Source of the DNA: Syntrophales bacterium
Lineage (GTDB): Bacteria; Desulfobacterota; Syntrophia; Syntrophales; PHBD01
DNA: 64,000 nt
Direction: 5' to 3'
Assembly: GCA_963668175.1 (NCBI GenBank)
Contig: OY764159.1
Location: forward strand, 3,840,001-3,904,000
Positions within the stretch are counted from its first letter, which is position 1; each line of letters opens with the position of its first letter. Position numbers and translations under genes: made by a program. Below are positions 51,514 through 62,041 of the stretch, piece after piece. Below the pieces are notes generated by a model, which made no database searches, had not been told where the DNA came from, and saw only the letters and a list, made by a program, of their open reading frames with translations.

Positions 51514-52482
51514 TTGAAGAAAATTTTTCTGCTCTTCGCCATGATGGCATGGCTTGTTTCGGGTTTAGAAGCATCCGGGGCCGTCGTCACCGAGAGGGTT
51601 ATCGCCGTTGTAAACGGGGATGCCATTACGCTTTACGATTTAGATATGGCCATGGAACCCGTATTGAAGAGAATCCATGAATTTTATAAAGGGTCCAATA
51701 AGGATAAGGTTATCGCCGATGCACGTCAATCCGTCCTTAACCGCTTGATCGTCGATCGTCTAATCGACCAGGAAGCCAAGAAGTACGGTACAACCATGAA
51801 AGACGACGACGTCATGACGGCGATCCGCGGCATGCTGGCCGGCCAGAATCTTTCCATGGAGGAATTCCAGGCGAGACTGGCCAAGTCGGGCATGACGCTC
51901 GATCAGTACAAGGAAAAGACAAAGGAACAGATGTTAAAATCGAGGATCCTCAAATTTGAAGTCAACTACAAGGTCAGTGTCTCCGACCAGGAAATAGGGG
52001 AATATTACGGCAAGCACCGGGACGAATACGAAGGAAAAGACGCGGTAAGGATCAAACAAATACTGCTTCCGTTCCCGAAAGGTGCCGACGGACGCCGCAA
52101 AGAAATGCTTTGGACAGAGGCGGAAAAGATACATCGGAGCCTTATGGCCGGCGAGCCTTTCGATGCCGTAGCCGCCAGATATGCCCAAAATCAGCAAGTA
52201 GTGGCCATGGGCGACATGGGCTTTTTGGAGAAGGGAACCATGGTTTCCGAGGTCGACCAGATAGCCTTCCGCCTGCAAGTGAAAGAGATCAGCCCCGTCA
52301 TCGAATCGTCCATCGGCTACCATATTATCCAGGTCACGGACAAGCGCGGCGAAGGGTTGAAATCCATCGAATCGGTCCGCAACGAAATCAAGTTAAAAAT
52401 CGAAGAAGAAAAGATGGAAAAGAAATTCGATGAATGGGTCGACGGCCTGAAAAAGAAATCCTTAATCGAGATCAAGTCTTAA
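51514..52482 (+). CDS. SurA-like chaperone/PPIase
   Basis: Signal peptide; ERVIAVVNG..IT, GDMG, GYHII. GGGGAGG RBS precedes TTG at 51514. Confidence 0.9.
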   Translation: MKKIFLLFAMMAWLVSGLEASGAVVTERVIAVVNGDAITLYDLDMAMEPVLKRIHEFYKGSNKDKVIADARQSVLNRLIVDRLIDQEAKKYGTTMKDDDVMTAIRGMLAGQNLSMEEFQARLAKSGMTLDQYKEKTKEQMLKSRILKFEVNYKVSVSDQEIGEYYGKHRDEYEGKDAVRIKQILLPFPKGADGRRKEMLWTEAEKIHRSLMAGEPFDAVAARYAQNQQVVAMGDMGFLEKGTMVSEVDQIAFRLQVKEISPVIESSIGYHIIQVTDKRGEGLKSIESVRNEIKLKIEEEKMEKKFDEWVDGLKKKSLIEIKS

Positions 52483-52567
52483 CGGTGCAATGGACCGATA
52501 CCCGATATATCCGTCGAACATGTCGGTCTCATACGGAATGCCCATAGGACTTATAACCTAATCCTAT

Positions 52568-55417
52568 ATGAATGCCATAAGAGTCAAAGGCGCGGCGCAG
52601 CATAATCTGAAACACGTCAGTATCGACATCCCCCGAGATCAACTTGTCGTTATCACCGGTGTGAGCGGTTCAGGTAAGTCCTCTCTTGCTTTCGACACGA
52701 TCTATGCGGAAGGACAGAGGCGGTACGTGGAATCGCTTTCGTCCTACGCACGGCAGTTCATCGGTCAGATGGACAAGCCCGACGTGGAATCGATAGAAGG
52801 GCTCTCGCCGGCCATCGCCATCGAACAGAGAACGGCCAGCCAGAATCCGCGATCCACCGTGGGAACGATTACCGAAATCTATGACTATCTGCGCCTTCTA
52901 TTCGCCCGTATCGGGACACCCCATTGCTACCAGTGCGGCAGGGAAATAAAATCGCAGACTATAGACATGATGCTGGAGGCCGTGCTCGCCTATCCGGAAA
53001 GGACGAAGATCACGCTCCTGGCGCCGGTCGTGCGCGGCAAAAAGGGTGAGTTTCAGAAAGAATTCAAAAAATTGCTGAAAGAAGGTTATCTGAGGGTCCG
53101 CATCGACGGAGAAACCCGGGAACTCACCGACGAGATCACACTGGATAAAAACAAACGGCACGATATCGATGTCGTCGTGGACCGCATCATGATGAAAGAC
53201 GGTATCCGCAAGCGCCTCCGGGATTCACTCGAACTGGCTTCCGGACTATCCGACGGCCTGGTCCGGATCATAACCGCCGATGGAGAAGAAACGCTTTTCA
53301 GCGAAAAATACGCCTGTCCGGATTGCGGTATTGGCATTTCCGAACTGGCGCCGCGGATGTTCTCCTTCAACAGTCCTTACGGGGCCTGTCCCGAATGCGG
53401 GGGACTGGGCACCAAGATGTACTTCGATGAGGAACTGGTTGTGCCAGACAGGTCCGTCTCCATCAGGGAAGGAGCCATTCTCCCCTGGGCCGGCCGTCAT
53501 TCCGTTTATTTTCATCAGATTCTCGATGCCATCGCCCAACATTATCGTTTCGACATCAATACCCCTTTCAACCAGTTGCCGGAAGACGTCCAGAATGTCC
53601 TCCTTTACGGCTCCGGAACGGAGAAAATCAAATTTTACATGGATCGCAGCGGACGGCGATATTTCTATTCGCGCCCGTTCGAAGGCATCCTGAACCAATT
53701 GGACCGGCGTTACCGGGAAACGACATCCAATGCCGTCCGGATGGATCTCTCCCGCTATATCAACCAGCGGGAATGTCCCACTTGCCTGGGGGCAAGGCTG
53801 AAGAAAGAAAGCCTTTCCGTGACCGTTGCCGGCAAGAATATCTATGAGGTCTGCTGCCTCTCCATCCGCGAATGTTGCAATTTCTTTCAATCTCTGCCCC
53901 TGACCCACCAGGAAGCGGTCATCTCCGAAAGGATTCTCAAAGAAATCAGGGAACGGCTCAGATTCCTCCTGGATGTCGGCATGGATTACCTGAGTCTGGA
54001 ACGCTCATCAGGCACCCTGTCCGGAGGCGAAGGCCAGAGGATCAGGCTGGCTACCCAGATAGGATCGGGCCTGGTCGGCGTCCTCTACGTCCTGGACGAG
54101 CCTACTGTCGGCCTGCACCAGCGGGACAACGAACGCCTGATTAAAACCCTGAAGCGCCTGAAGGACATGGGGAATACCGTACTCGTCGTCGAGCACGATG
54201 CGGACATGATTCTGGCCTCCGACCAGGTCATCGATATAGGCCCCGGCGCGGGCCAGGACGGCGGCGAAGTCGTCTTCCAGGGAACGCCGGAAGAAATTTA
54301 CCGGAGCGAGCGCTCCCTGACGGGCCTTTATCTGTCCGGCAAGAGATCCATCCCGGTCCCAGAAAAGAGGCGTCCCCTGCCGAAACGCCACATCGTCATC
54401 GAAGGCGCCCATGAACACAATCTCAAGCATATCGATATCCGCATCCCCGTCGGTGTTTTCACCGCGGTGACCGGCGTCTCCGGGTCGGGCAAGAGTACGA
54501 TGATTATCGAAACCCTTTTCAAAGCCCTCTCCAAGAAAATCTATCATTTAAAAGGAGGATTCGGGAAGATCAAAAGGATCGCCGACACGGGCGATATCGA
54601 ACGGATCATCATGATCAACCAGCAACCGATCGGCCGCACGCCCCGGTCAAATCCCGTCACCTACACGGGGGCCTTTTCCCATATCCGCGACCTTTTTACG
54701 GGGCTCCCCGAGTCCCGGCTCCGGGGATACAAGCCCGGACGATTCAGTTTCAACGTCAAAGGCGGACGTTGCGAAGCATGCCAGGGAAACGGCCTGATCA
54801 AGATCGAGATGCATTTCCTTCCCGATGTCTATGTGACCTGCGACGTCTGCCGGGGGAAACGGTTCAACCACGACACCCTCGACATCCGCTACAAGGACAA
54901 GAATATCGCCGAGGTGCTCGATATGACGGTAGACCAGGCCCTCTCCTTTTTTGAAAACATCCCGGCCATCCGTTCCAAACTGAAGCTCCTCACGGACGTG
55001 GGACTCGGGTATATCAGGCTGGGACAATCCGCCACTACCCTGTCCGGAGGAGAGGCCCAGCGCATCAAGCTGTCCCGCGAACTGGGCAAGCGTACCAACA
55101 GCAACACGCTCTACATCCTTGACGAACCCACCATCGGACTCCATTTCGCCGATATCCAGAAGCTCTTGGAAGTCCTCATGAGGCTGGTCGACATGGGGAA
55201 TACCATGGTGGTCATCGAACACAACCTCGATATCATAAAATCCGCCGATTTCATTATTGATTTGGGTCCGGAAGGGGGACCGGGGGGCGGAGAAATCGTC
55301 ACATCCGGAACACCCGAGGAGGTTGCCGATTCGGAAATATCCCTGACCGGGAGCTTCTTAAAAAAAATCCTCGAGGATTCCAGACCTGCGGCCGTCACGA
55401 AGCAAGCTCATTCCTGA
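52568..55417 (+). CDS. uvrA: Excinuclease ABC subunit A
   Basis: Two GVSGSGKS Walker A motifs, two LSGGE signatures, zinc fingers, EGQRRYVESLS. Confidence 0.98.
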   Translation: MNAIRVKGAAQHNLKHVSIDIPRDQLVVITGVSGSGKSSLAFDTIYAEGQRRYVESLSSYARQFIGQMDKPDVESIEGLSPAIAIEQRTASQNPRSTVGTITEIYDYLRLLFARIGTPHCYQCGREIKSQTIDMMLEAVLAYPERTKITLLAPVVRGKKGEFQKEFKKLLKEGYLRVRIDGETRELTDEITLDKNKRHDIDVVVDRIMMKDGIRKRLRDSLELASGLSDGLVRIITADGEETLFSEKYACPDCGIGISELAPRMFSFNSPYGACPECGGLGTKMYFDEELVVPDRSVSIREGAILPWAGRHSVYFHQILDAIAQHYRFDINTPFNQLPEDVQNVLLYGSGTEKIKFYMDRSGRRYFYSRPFEGILNQLDRRYRETTSNAVRMDLSRYINQRECPTCLGARLKKESLSVTVAGKNIYEVCCLSIRECCNFFQSLPLTHQEAVISERILKEIRERLRFLLDVGMDYLSLERSSGTLSGGEGQRIRLATQIGSGLVGVLYVLDEPTVGLHQRDNERLIKTLKRLKDMGNTVLVVEHDADMILASDQVIDIGPGAGQDGGEVVFQGTPEEIYRSERSLTGLYLSGKRSIPVPEKRRPLPKRHIVIEGAHEHNLKHIDIRIPVGVFTAVTGVSGSGKSTMIIETLFKALSKKIYHLKGGFGKIKRIADTGDIERIIMINQQPIGRTPRSNPVTYTGAFSHIRDLFTGLPESRLRGYKPGRFSFNVKGGRCEACQGNGLIKIEMHFLPDVYVTCDVCRGKRFNHDTLDIRYKDKNIAEVLDMTVDQALSFFENIPAIRSKLKLLTDVGLGYIRLGQSATTLSGGEAQRIKLSRELGKRTNSNTLYILDEPTIGLHFADIQKLLEVLMRLVDMGNTMVVIEHNLDIIKSADFIIDLGPEGGPGGGEIVTSGTPEEVADSEISLTGSFLKKILEDSRPAAVTKQAHS

Positions 55418-55901
55418 TGCCTCTGGTAAATCCTTCCGCAATCGCGGACGATTTTACCCCGTCAAGTCACAGCACCCCGACACGGTCATTCACGGCATGA
55501 CGGTGGCCCGCCAGGATCTGACCCGCCCTGCCCTGTAATGGTCAACTTCCGTATCACGCTGCTTCGGCCATCGCCAAAATTATGACGCTTTTTGGAACAC
55601 ATGGTTCTCGGAACCCATATGCATATTCTGGCGGCGTTATGACTTTATTTAAGCGCCGACTATAGACTTTATCTAATAAAAATGCGATACTCCCACGTAA
55701 TGATCGTTATAATGGTGCATGATTCGACTCAGACGGCGCGTTCACGCCGCCACCCAAGGACTGGCGGAGACGAGCGGTGCCTTTAACCGAATTTTTTATT
55801 CATTATTTTAGGATATCCTGCCGATAGAAAGGGTAAGGTCACGCGACAGGCCGAGGGATATTCGATAAAAGAAACGACGTCTTCTGTTTTCGAAGATACG
55901 A

Positions 55902-55931
55902 TGAATAATGGCATGTCTCGTGCATTATTCA
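55902..55931 (+). promoter_or_regulatory. Putative sigma54 promoter overlapped by an inverted repeat
   Basis: TGGCAT-GTCTC-GTGCA (55909-55924, GG-N10-GC) flanked by TGAATAATG/CATTATTCA. Confidence 0.6.
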
Positions 55932-56115
55932 CGATCGTTTCATGCAATATTTTGATTTTTCAGAAGAGTACACAAGACTGCATGGAAGGTCGTCATCTCC
56001 AGGGGCCATGATGGGTAAACGACGGGGCGGAGCTGTGCCCGGAACCGGATATCCATCCGGTTACGAGGATAGATGATGCGAACAAGGATATAATGGACAC
56101 TTCAGGTTTCCCGAT

Positions 56116-57126
56116 ATGAACGCACTTATTACGGGCATCACAGGCATGGTCGGTTCTCATCTTGCCGATTTCCTTCTGGAAAATACGGACTGGACTATCT
56201 ACGGCATGTGCCGCTGGCGAAGTCCGTTGGACAACGTCGAGCACCTCACCGACCGGGCCAACCGCAAGGAGCGGATATTCTTCATCTTCGGTGATTTGTG
56301 CGATTATGTCTCCCTGGAAAACGCCGTCGAGGAATCGCGTCCCGACTATGTCTTTCACCTGGCCGCTCAGAGTTACCCCAAAACCAGCTTCACGTCACCC
56401 CTGCAAACCCTCGATACGAATATCCTGGGGACGGAGCGTCTTCTTGAATCATTGAGAAGATGTCCCGGCATCGATCCGCTCATCCACGTCTGTTCGTCCT
56501 CGGAAGTCTTCGGCCGGGTCCCCCGCGAAAACCTGCCGATTGCGGAAGAATGCGCTTTTCATCCTGCGTCCCCCTATGCCATCTCCAAAGCGGGCACCGA
56601 CCTCCTGGGCAGATTCCACGCTGAAGCATACGGTCAGAAGGTCCTGGTCACGCGCATGTTCACCCATACGGGGCCGCGTCGGGGCGACGTCTTCGCCGAA
56701 TCCACCTTTGCCAAACAGATTGCCATGATTGAAAAAGGATTGATTCCACCTGTCGTCAAAACAGGCAATCTCAATTCCCTGCGCACCTGGTCCGACGTGC
56801 GGGATGCTGTTAGGGCTTACTACATGCTGCTGACCGTCGACCCCGTTCCGGGGTCTTATTTTAATATCGGAGGGACGTTCTCCTGCACAGTAGGCGACAT
56901 GCTCGACCATCTCGTTTCCATATCCGCCTGTAAGGACAAAATCAAGGTGGAGACGGAAGACGCGAGGCTGCGACCCCTCGATGCCGACCTGCAGGTGCCG
57001 GATACCGCCAAATTTCAGACGCACACCGGCTGGAAACCGGAAATCCCTTTTGAAAAGACCATGCAGGATCTCCTCGACTACTGGAGAGACCGTGTCTCCA
57101 AAGGAAAGGGTTTCCTGACCAGGTAG
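56116..57126 (+). CDS. GDP-sugar 4,6-dehydratase, DmhA/WcbK-like (GDP-manno-heptose type)
   Basis: TGITGMVGS, HLAAQSYP, SSSEVFG, PYAISK, RMFTHTGPRRGDVF.ES.FAKQIA; adjacent to hddA and hddC. Confidence 0.85.
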   Translation: MNALITGITGMVGSHLADFLLENTDWTIYGMCRWRSPLDNVEHLTDRANRKERIFFIFGDLCDYVSLENAVEESRPDYVFHLAAQSYPKTSFTSPLQTLDTNILGTERLLESLRRCPGIDPLIHVCSSSEVFGRVPRENLPIAEECAFHPASPYAISKAGTDLLGRFHAEAYGQKVLVTRMFTHTGPRRGDVFAESTFAKQIAMIEKGLIPPVVKTGNLNSLRTWSDVRDAVRAYYMLLTVDPVPGSYFNIGGTFSCTVGDMLDHLVSISACKDKIKVETEDARLRPLDADLQVPDTAKFQTHTGWKPEIPFEKTMQDLLDYWRDRVSKGKGFLTR

Positions 57127-57149
57127 ACTCTCCGGCGGCTTCGATATCC

Positions 57150-58097
57150 ATGAATAAAGATGCAAAAATCTTCGTAGCCGGACACAGGGGCCTGGTCGGC
57201 TCGGCCGTAACAAGGGAGTTGATCCGGGAGGGATATAACCATCTGTGCCTTCGAGCCCATGAAGAACTCGATCTGACCAGTCAGCAGGCGGTGGACGATT
57301 TCTTTACCGCCGAAAGGCCCGAATACGTTTTCCTATGCGCGGCCAAGGTGGGCGGGATCCTGGCCAACAGCACCTATCCGGCCCAGTTCATTTACGAAAA
57401 TATCATGATCGGCGCGAACATCATCCATGCAAGCCATAAAAGCGGCGTCAAGAAACTCCTCAACCTGGGATCGTCCTGCATCTATCCCAAAGACGCCGCC
57501 CAGCCCCTCAAGGAAGACGATTTGCTGACCGGCAAGCTGGAGCCAACCAACGAGCCTTACGCCGTCGCCAAGATCGCCGCCATCATCCTCTGCCGTTCCT
57601 ATAACAGACAGTACGGCACCAATTTTGTATCAGCCATGCCGGCGAATCTCTATGGCCCGCATGACAATTTCAACCTGGAAACGGCGCACGTTTTGCCCTC
57701 CCTGCTGCGGAAGTTCCACGAAGCCAAGGTTGCGGCAAGCTCCTCTGTTGAAATATGGGGATCGGGCAGCCCCGTCCGCGAATTCCTTTACGTTGAAGAC
57801 CTGGCACGGGCTCTGTTGCATATCATGCGGCACCACGATGCGGATGACATCGGCGATTTCATCAATATAGGCACGGGGCGCGGCATCACGATCAAGGCGT
57901 TGGGTGAGATGATAGCCGGTATTGTCGGCTTTGCGGGCGATATCCGTTTCAACACCGGCAAGCCGGACGGTATGGCCGAAAAGATTCTCGACACGGGGCG
58001 GATGAGCGAGCTGGGCTGGAAAGCATCGACAAGCCTGGAAGAAGGGATCAGGATGACCTACCGGTGGTATCTTGACGAACGTCCCCGCATAATCTGA
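57150..58097 (+). CDS. fcl: GDP-L-fucose synthase-type 3,5-epimerase/4-reductase
   Basis: AGHRGLVGS, AAKVGGILAN, SSCIYP, EPYAVAK, NLYGPHDNF, HVLP. Confidence 0.9.
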   Translation: MNKDAKIFVAGHRGLVGSAVTRELIREGYNHLCLRAHEELDLTSQQAVDDFFTAERPEYVFLCAAKVGGILANSTYPAQFIYENIMIGANIIHASHKSGVKKLLNLGSSCIYPKDAAQPLKEDDLLTGKLEPTNEPYAVAKIAAIILCRSYNRQYGTNFVSAMPANLYGPHDNFNLETAHVLPSLLRKFHEAKVAASSSVEIWGSGSPVREFLYVEDLARALLHIMRHHDADDIGDFINIGTGRGITIKALGEMIAGIVGFAGDIRFNTGKPDGMAEKILDTGRMSELGWKASTSLEEGIRMTYRWYLDERPRII

Positions 58098-58106
58098 ATA
58101 TCTATC

Positions 58107-58880
58107 TTGCAAAAAACAGCGAGCGAGACGATAGCGAACGCATCAGATAACAACAGCCTCGCCGGGACCACATCCATCATTCTGGCGGGAGGGAAAGGGA
58201 CACGACTCAGCGGTACCGTGAATGATCGCCCCAAGGTGCTGGCGGCGGTTAACGGAAGGCCATTCCTGGTGTATCTCCTCGACCAGTTGAAAGCCGCCGA
58301 CGTCCGGTGTGTCGTTTTGTGCACGGGTTACATGGGTGACATGGTCCGCGAATCCTTCGGCAGAGATTATGACGGGATGGCGCTTGCCTATTCCCACGAG
58401 ACCGTCCCTCTGGGGACGGGCGGAGCCCTCCGTCTGGCGTTGCCATTGCTTAACTCGGACCCTGTCCTCGTCATGAACGGCGATTCTTACTGTCAGCTCG
58501 ATCTGGAGACATTCTTCGTCTGGCGTCGCGAACAGCATATGCCGAACGCTATGGTATTGACGTTTCTTGACGATGTCGCCCGTTTCGGCAGCGTCGAAAT
58601 GGACGGCCGGAATCGAATCACCCGTTTTCGTGAAAAGACGCAAAAAAGGTCCCCCGGATTCATCAATGCGGGCGTCTATCTGCTTACCAGAGAATCAATC
58701 GCGCGTATTCCGTCGGACCGGCCGGTTTCCCTGGAACGAGATATCTTTCCAACCCTAATCGAGGAAGGTATCACCGGCTTTCAAAGCCGGGGCCGGTTTA
58801 TCGACATCGGGACCCCCGATTCCTATCGGGAAGCGGAAACATTCTTTGCCGATCCGGGCGTTGGGCGGAATCGCCATTGA
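58107..58880 (+). CDS. hddC: Sugar-1-phosphate nucleotidyltransferase, HddC-like
   Basis: LAGGKGTRL..PK, E..PLGTGGA, NGDSY, INAGVY, FIDIGTP. Start uncertain. Confidence 0.8.
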   Translation: MQKTASETIANASDNNSLAGTTSIILAGGKGTRLSGTVNDRPKVLAAVNGRPFLVYLLDQLKAADVRCVVLCTGYMGDMVRESFGRDYDGMALAYSHETVPLGTGGALRLALPLLNSDPVLVMNGDSYCQLDLETFFVWRREQHMPNAMVLTFLDDVARFGSVEMDGRNRITRFREKTQKRSPGFINAGVYLLTRESIARIPSDRPVSLERDIFPTLIEEGITGFQSRGRFIDIGTPDSYREAETFFADPGVGRNRH

Positions 58881-58934
58881 TCGTGCGTCAAGTGGAATGA
58901 ACGGATATCATCCCTTTTCGAGGAGAAAAACCCC

Positions 58935-59930
58935 ATGGTCATAAGCAAGACACCCTACCGGATCTCCTTTTTCGGCGGCGGAACCGACTATCCGCAGTGG
59001 TACTCGAAGCACGGCGGGACAGTCCTTTCCACGACCATCGATAAATACTGCTATATCACGTGCCGCGTGTTGCCGCCTTTTTTCGCCCACCGCTACCTGA
59101 TCGTATGGTCACACATCGAAGCCGTATCCACGTTATCCGAGATACTCCACCCGGCCGTGCGGGAAGGGCTGAAATATCTTGGCGTAAACGGCGAATCGGG
59201 ACTGGAGATCCATCACCAGGGCGATCTTCCGGCCAGGGCAGGCATGGGTTCCAGTTCGTCCTTTTCCGTCGGATTGATCAAGGCCGTCATGGCCCACCAG
59301 GGCAAGATGATCGGCAGACACGATCTGGCGTTGAAGGCGATCGATCTGGAGCAGAACATCCTGAAGGAGAATGTCGGATCTCAAGACCAGGTGGCGGCGG
59401 CCTACGGCGGTTTTAACCATATCTCCTTTTTCCCAAACGGCGAGATCCGTGTCGAGCCCGTCATCATGGATTCCGAACGTCTCGCGGCTTTAGAATCGAG
59501 TATGATGCTCATCTACACGGGTACCAGCCGCCTTTCCTCCGAAGTGGCCGGCGCCGTGATCGCCAATCTTGATAAAAAACAGGATGAGATGAAGCAGATG
59601 AGCCGCATGGTCGATCAGGGCCTCGCCATCTTGAACGGCCAGGGCAGCCTGGATGACTTTGGGTATCTGATGCACGAAAACTGGCTCTTGAAGCAATCGG
59701 TCAACGAAAACACCTCCAACGACGTCGTCAACAGGATCTACGATAGTGCCCTTAAACACGGAGCCCTTGGCGGCAAACTTCTCGGCGCGGGCGCCTCGGG
59801 TTTCATGGTCTTCTATGTTCCCCCCGAAAAGCAGACGGCCGTGCGCGCGGCATTGGGCGGATATCTCCATGTCCCCTTCAAGTTCGAGCACGAAGGCAGC
59901 TCGATTGTCTATTATACGACGCGAATCTGA
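58935..59930 (+). CDS. hddA: D-glycero-alpha-D-manno-heptose 7-phosphate kinase-like GHMP kinase
   Basis: TPYRISFFGGGTD, DLPARAGMGSSS, GSQDQ..AYGG, GGKLLGAG. Confidence 0.88.
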   Translation: MVISKTPYRISFFGGGTDYPQWYSKHGGTVLSTTIDKYCYITCRVLPPFFAHRYLIVWSHIEAVSTLSEILHPAVREGLKYLGVNGESGLEIHHQGDLPARAGMGSSSSFSVGLIKAVMAHQGKMIGRHDLALKAIDLEQNILKENVGSQDQVAAAYGGFNHISFFPNGEIRVEPVIMDSERLAALESSMMLIYTGTSRLSSEVAGAVIANLDKKQDEMKQMSRMVDQGLAILNGQGSLDDFGYLMHENWLLKQSVNENTSNDVVNRIYDSALKHGALGGKLLGAGASGFMVFYVPPEKQTAVRAALGGYLHVPFKFEHEGSSIVYYTTRI

Positions 59931-59944
59931 AGGCGGAGAATTTT

Positions 59945-61390
59945 ATGATGCATGACATCAATCCCATAAAACAAGATTTGACCGGTCTGGATATGCTGTT
60001 GATCAATCCCAGTACCGACTTTGAAGCTGAAATATTGCAGAAAAGAACGATGCGGATCGAGAAGGACGTCCCGAATCAGGAAACACCGCCGTCCAATATC
60101 GGCTATCTTATGGCTGCCGCAAAAAAAGAAGGTTTGAAAGTAAAATTCGTAGATATGGTTGTGGATAGCGTCAGCGTAGATGAGCTATTGCGTTTCGTCG
60201 CCGATCTCAAGCCGTCATTGGTCGGGTTCAGTGCCTTTACCAAACAGATTTGCGCGGCAGGACAGATCGCTGCCCAAATAAAGCAGGCGGCTCCCTCGGT
60301 CATGACGTGTGTCGGTGGCTGCCACGCCATCGCCATGCCGAAAGCGACCCTCGAGGAGTTTCCCGGCATCGATTTTGTCTTTGCCGGAGAGGCGGAAACG
60401 CAGTTGCCCCACATTTTCAACTGCCTTCAGAAGCCCCGCGAGTTGGTCAAACTGCACGGTGTCGTAACCAGGGACACAGCGGATTTTTCACCTTTGTACA
60501 TCGACGATTTGGATAACCTGCCTTTTCCCGCCTGGGAGGATTTCGATCTAACCAGGTACCCCGGGAATTTGCCTCATCGGACAAACCGGGAACTACCCAT
60601 GATTACAACCAGAGGCTGCCCCTATAAGTGCTCCTTTTGCTGTCGCTCCAACGGGGATAGAATCCGCTATCGAAGCGTTAACTCGGTGATTTCCGAGATC
60701 AAGAGGAATATCGAGGATTTCGGGTGCGAAGCCATCGTCTTCAACGACGAAAATTTCATTCTCGATAAGAAGCGGACGGACTATCTCTTCTCCGAATTCA
60801 AGAGGCAGGGCATCAACCGGAAGATTAAATGGGGATGCAGCATGCGTGTCGATAACGCAACCCCGGCGTTGATGCAGAAGATGAAGGAGGCCGGCTGCTT
60901 TTACGTCTTCTTCGGCTTTGAAAGCGCCAACGACGATACGCTTATACGCATTCAGAAGAGAACGGCCGTCGCTCAGATGCTCCAGGCGGTGAATGCGGCC
61001 AAACGCGCCGGAATTGTTCCGGTCGGATCTTTCATCATCGGCCTCCCCGGCGACACAAAGGAAGATATCTACAAGGCCATAGCATTGGGCAAGGAATTGG
61101 ACCTCTACTCGATCACTTTCCCGATCGCCGTTCCCTATCCCGGGACAGCCTTGCGGGAACAAGCCTTGAAGCACATGTACGGCATGAGAGTTCTATCCAA
61201 CAACTGGGAATACTACGGAAGAAAAGCGGTTAATTCCAAGGAAGATTTTGAAATTCTGGAAAGCGACGACATGCCCGCCAAGATGCGAAAGGAGTTGCAG
61301 GATCTCGCCTACGCCACGCATCCGAAGAAGATATTTGATGAATACGTGAAGCGATTGAACGAATGGCGGTCAAGCCAAGGCCTGCCGTAA
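59945..61390 (+). CDS. Cobalamin-binding radical SAM protein (class B methyltransferase-like)
   Basis: N-terminal B12-binding domain (VGFS, VGGCHA, GEAE); TTRGCPYKCSFC; GFES, FIIGLPG, PYPGT. Confidence 0.9.
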   Translation: MMHDINPIKQDLTGLDMLLINPSTDFEAEILQKRTMRIEKDVPNQETPPSNIGYLMAAAKKEGLKVKFVDMVVDSVSVDELLRFVADLKPSLVGFSAFTKQICAAGQIAAQIKQAAPSVMTCVGGCHAIAMPKATLEEFPGIDFVFAGEAETQLPHIFNCLQKPRELVKLHGVVTRDTADFSPLYIDDLDNLPFPAWEDFDLTRYPGNLPHRTNRELPMITTRGCPYKCSFCCRSNGDRIRYRSVNSVISEIKRNIEDFGCEAIVFNDENFILDKKRTDYLFSEFKRQGINRKIKWGCSMRVDNATPALMQKMKEAGCFYVFFGFESANDDTLIRIQKRTAVAQMLQAVNAAKRAGIVPVGSFIIGLPGDTKEDIYKAIALGKELDLYSITFPIAVPYPGTALREQALKHMYGMRVLSNNWEYYGRKAVNSKEDFEILESDDMPAKMRKELQDLAYATHPKKIFDEYVKRLNEWRSSQGLP

Positions 61391-61513
61391 AGGCAACGTT
61401 GTGGCTTTGCGTGCGGCGTTTTCCGACGCAAATCGCAACGAACGATACCGGCCTCCCGTAAGAACGACGGCCGAATCACACCTCTTGAATCTTTTTTCGA
61501 AGGAGCGCGTAAC

Positions 61514-62035
61514 ATGCAGAAGCGTGCCGTTATCATAACCGCCCAGGGTTTTCAGGATGAGGAATTCGTCTATCCCTACTATCGCCTCCTGGAGGCAGGC
61601 TTCACGGTGGACGTGGCTACCAAAGACAAGGCGGCCGTGACAGGCAAGTTCGGCGTGCCGGCCCGGCCGACGATCGGCACGGATGATATTAAAAGTGAGA
61701 ATTACGATCTCGTTCTTCTTCCCGGCGGCTTCGAGGCGCCTGATCGGCTGCGCATCCTGCCGGAAGTTCTTGCCTTTATCAGAGATATGGATAAGCAAAA
61801 AAAGCTGGTCGCTGCCATCTGCCACGGCCCGTGGGTATTGATTTCGGCGGGGATCACCAGGGGCCGCAAGATGACCGGCTACTGGAGCATAGAGGCCGAT
61901 CTTCGCAATTCCGGGGCGGATTACCGACACAAAGCGCCGGTGGTCGTCGACGGCAATCTGATCACCTCGCCTCACTACAACAATAATGGCGATTTCATGA
62001 AGGCCGTGATCGCCTATTTCGAACAGAGTAAATAA
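61514..62035 (+). CDS. DJ-1/PfpI family protein
   Basis: GFQDEE, LPGG, AICHGPW, VVVDGNLITS. Confidence 0.92.
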   Translation: MQKRAVIITAQGFQDEEFVYPYYRLLEAGFTVDVATKDKAAVTGKFGVPARPTIGTDDIKSENYDLVLLPGGFEAPDRLRILPEVLAFIRDMDKQKKLVAAICHGPWVLISAGITRGRKMTGYWSIEADLRNSGADYRHKAPVVVDGNLITSPHYNNNGDFMKAVIAYFEQSK

Positions 62036-62041
62036 CTGTCC

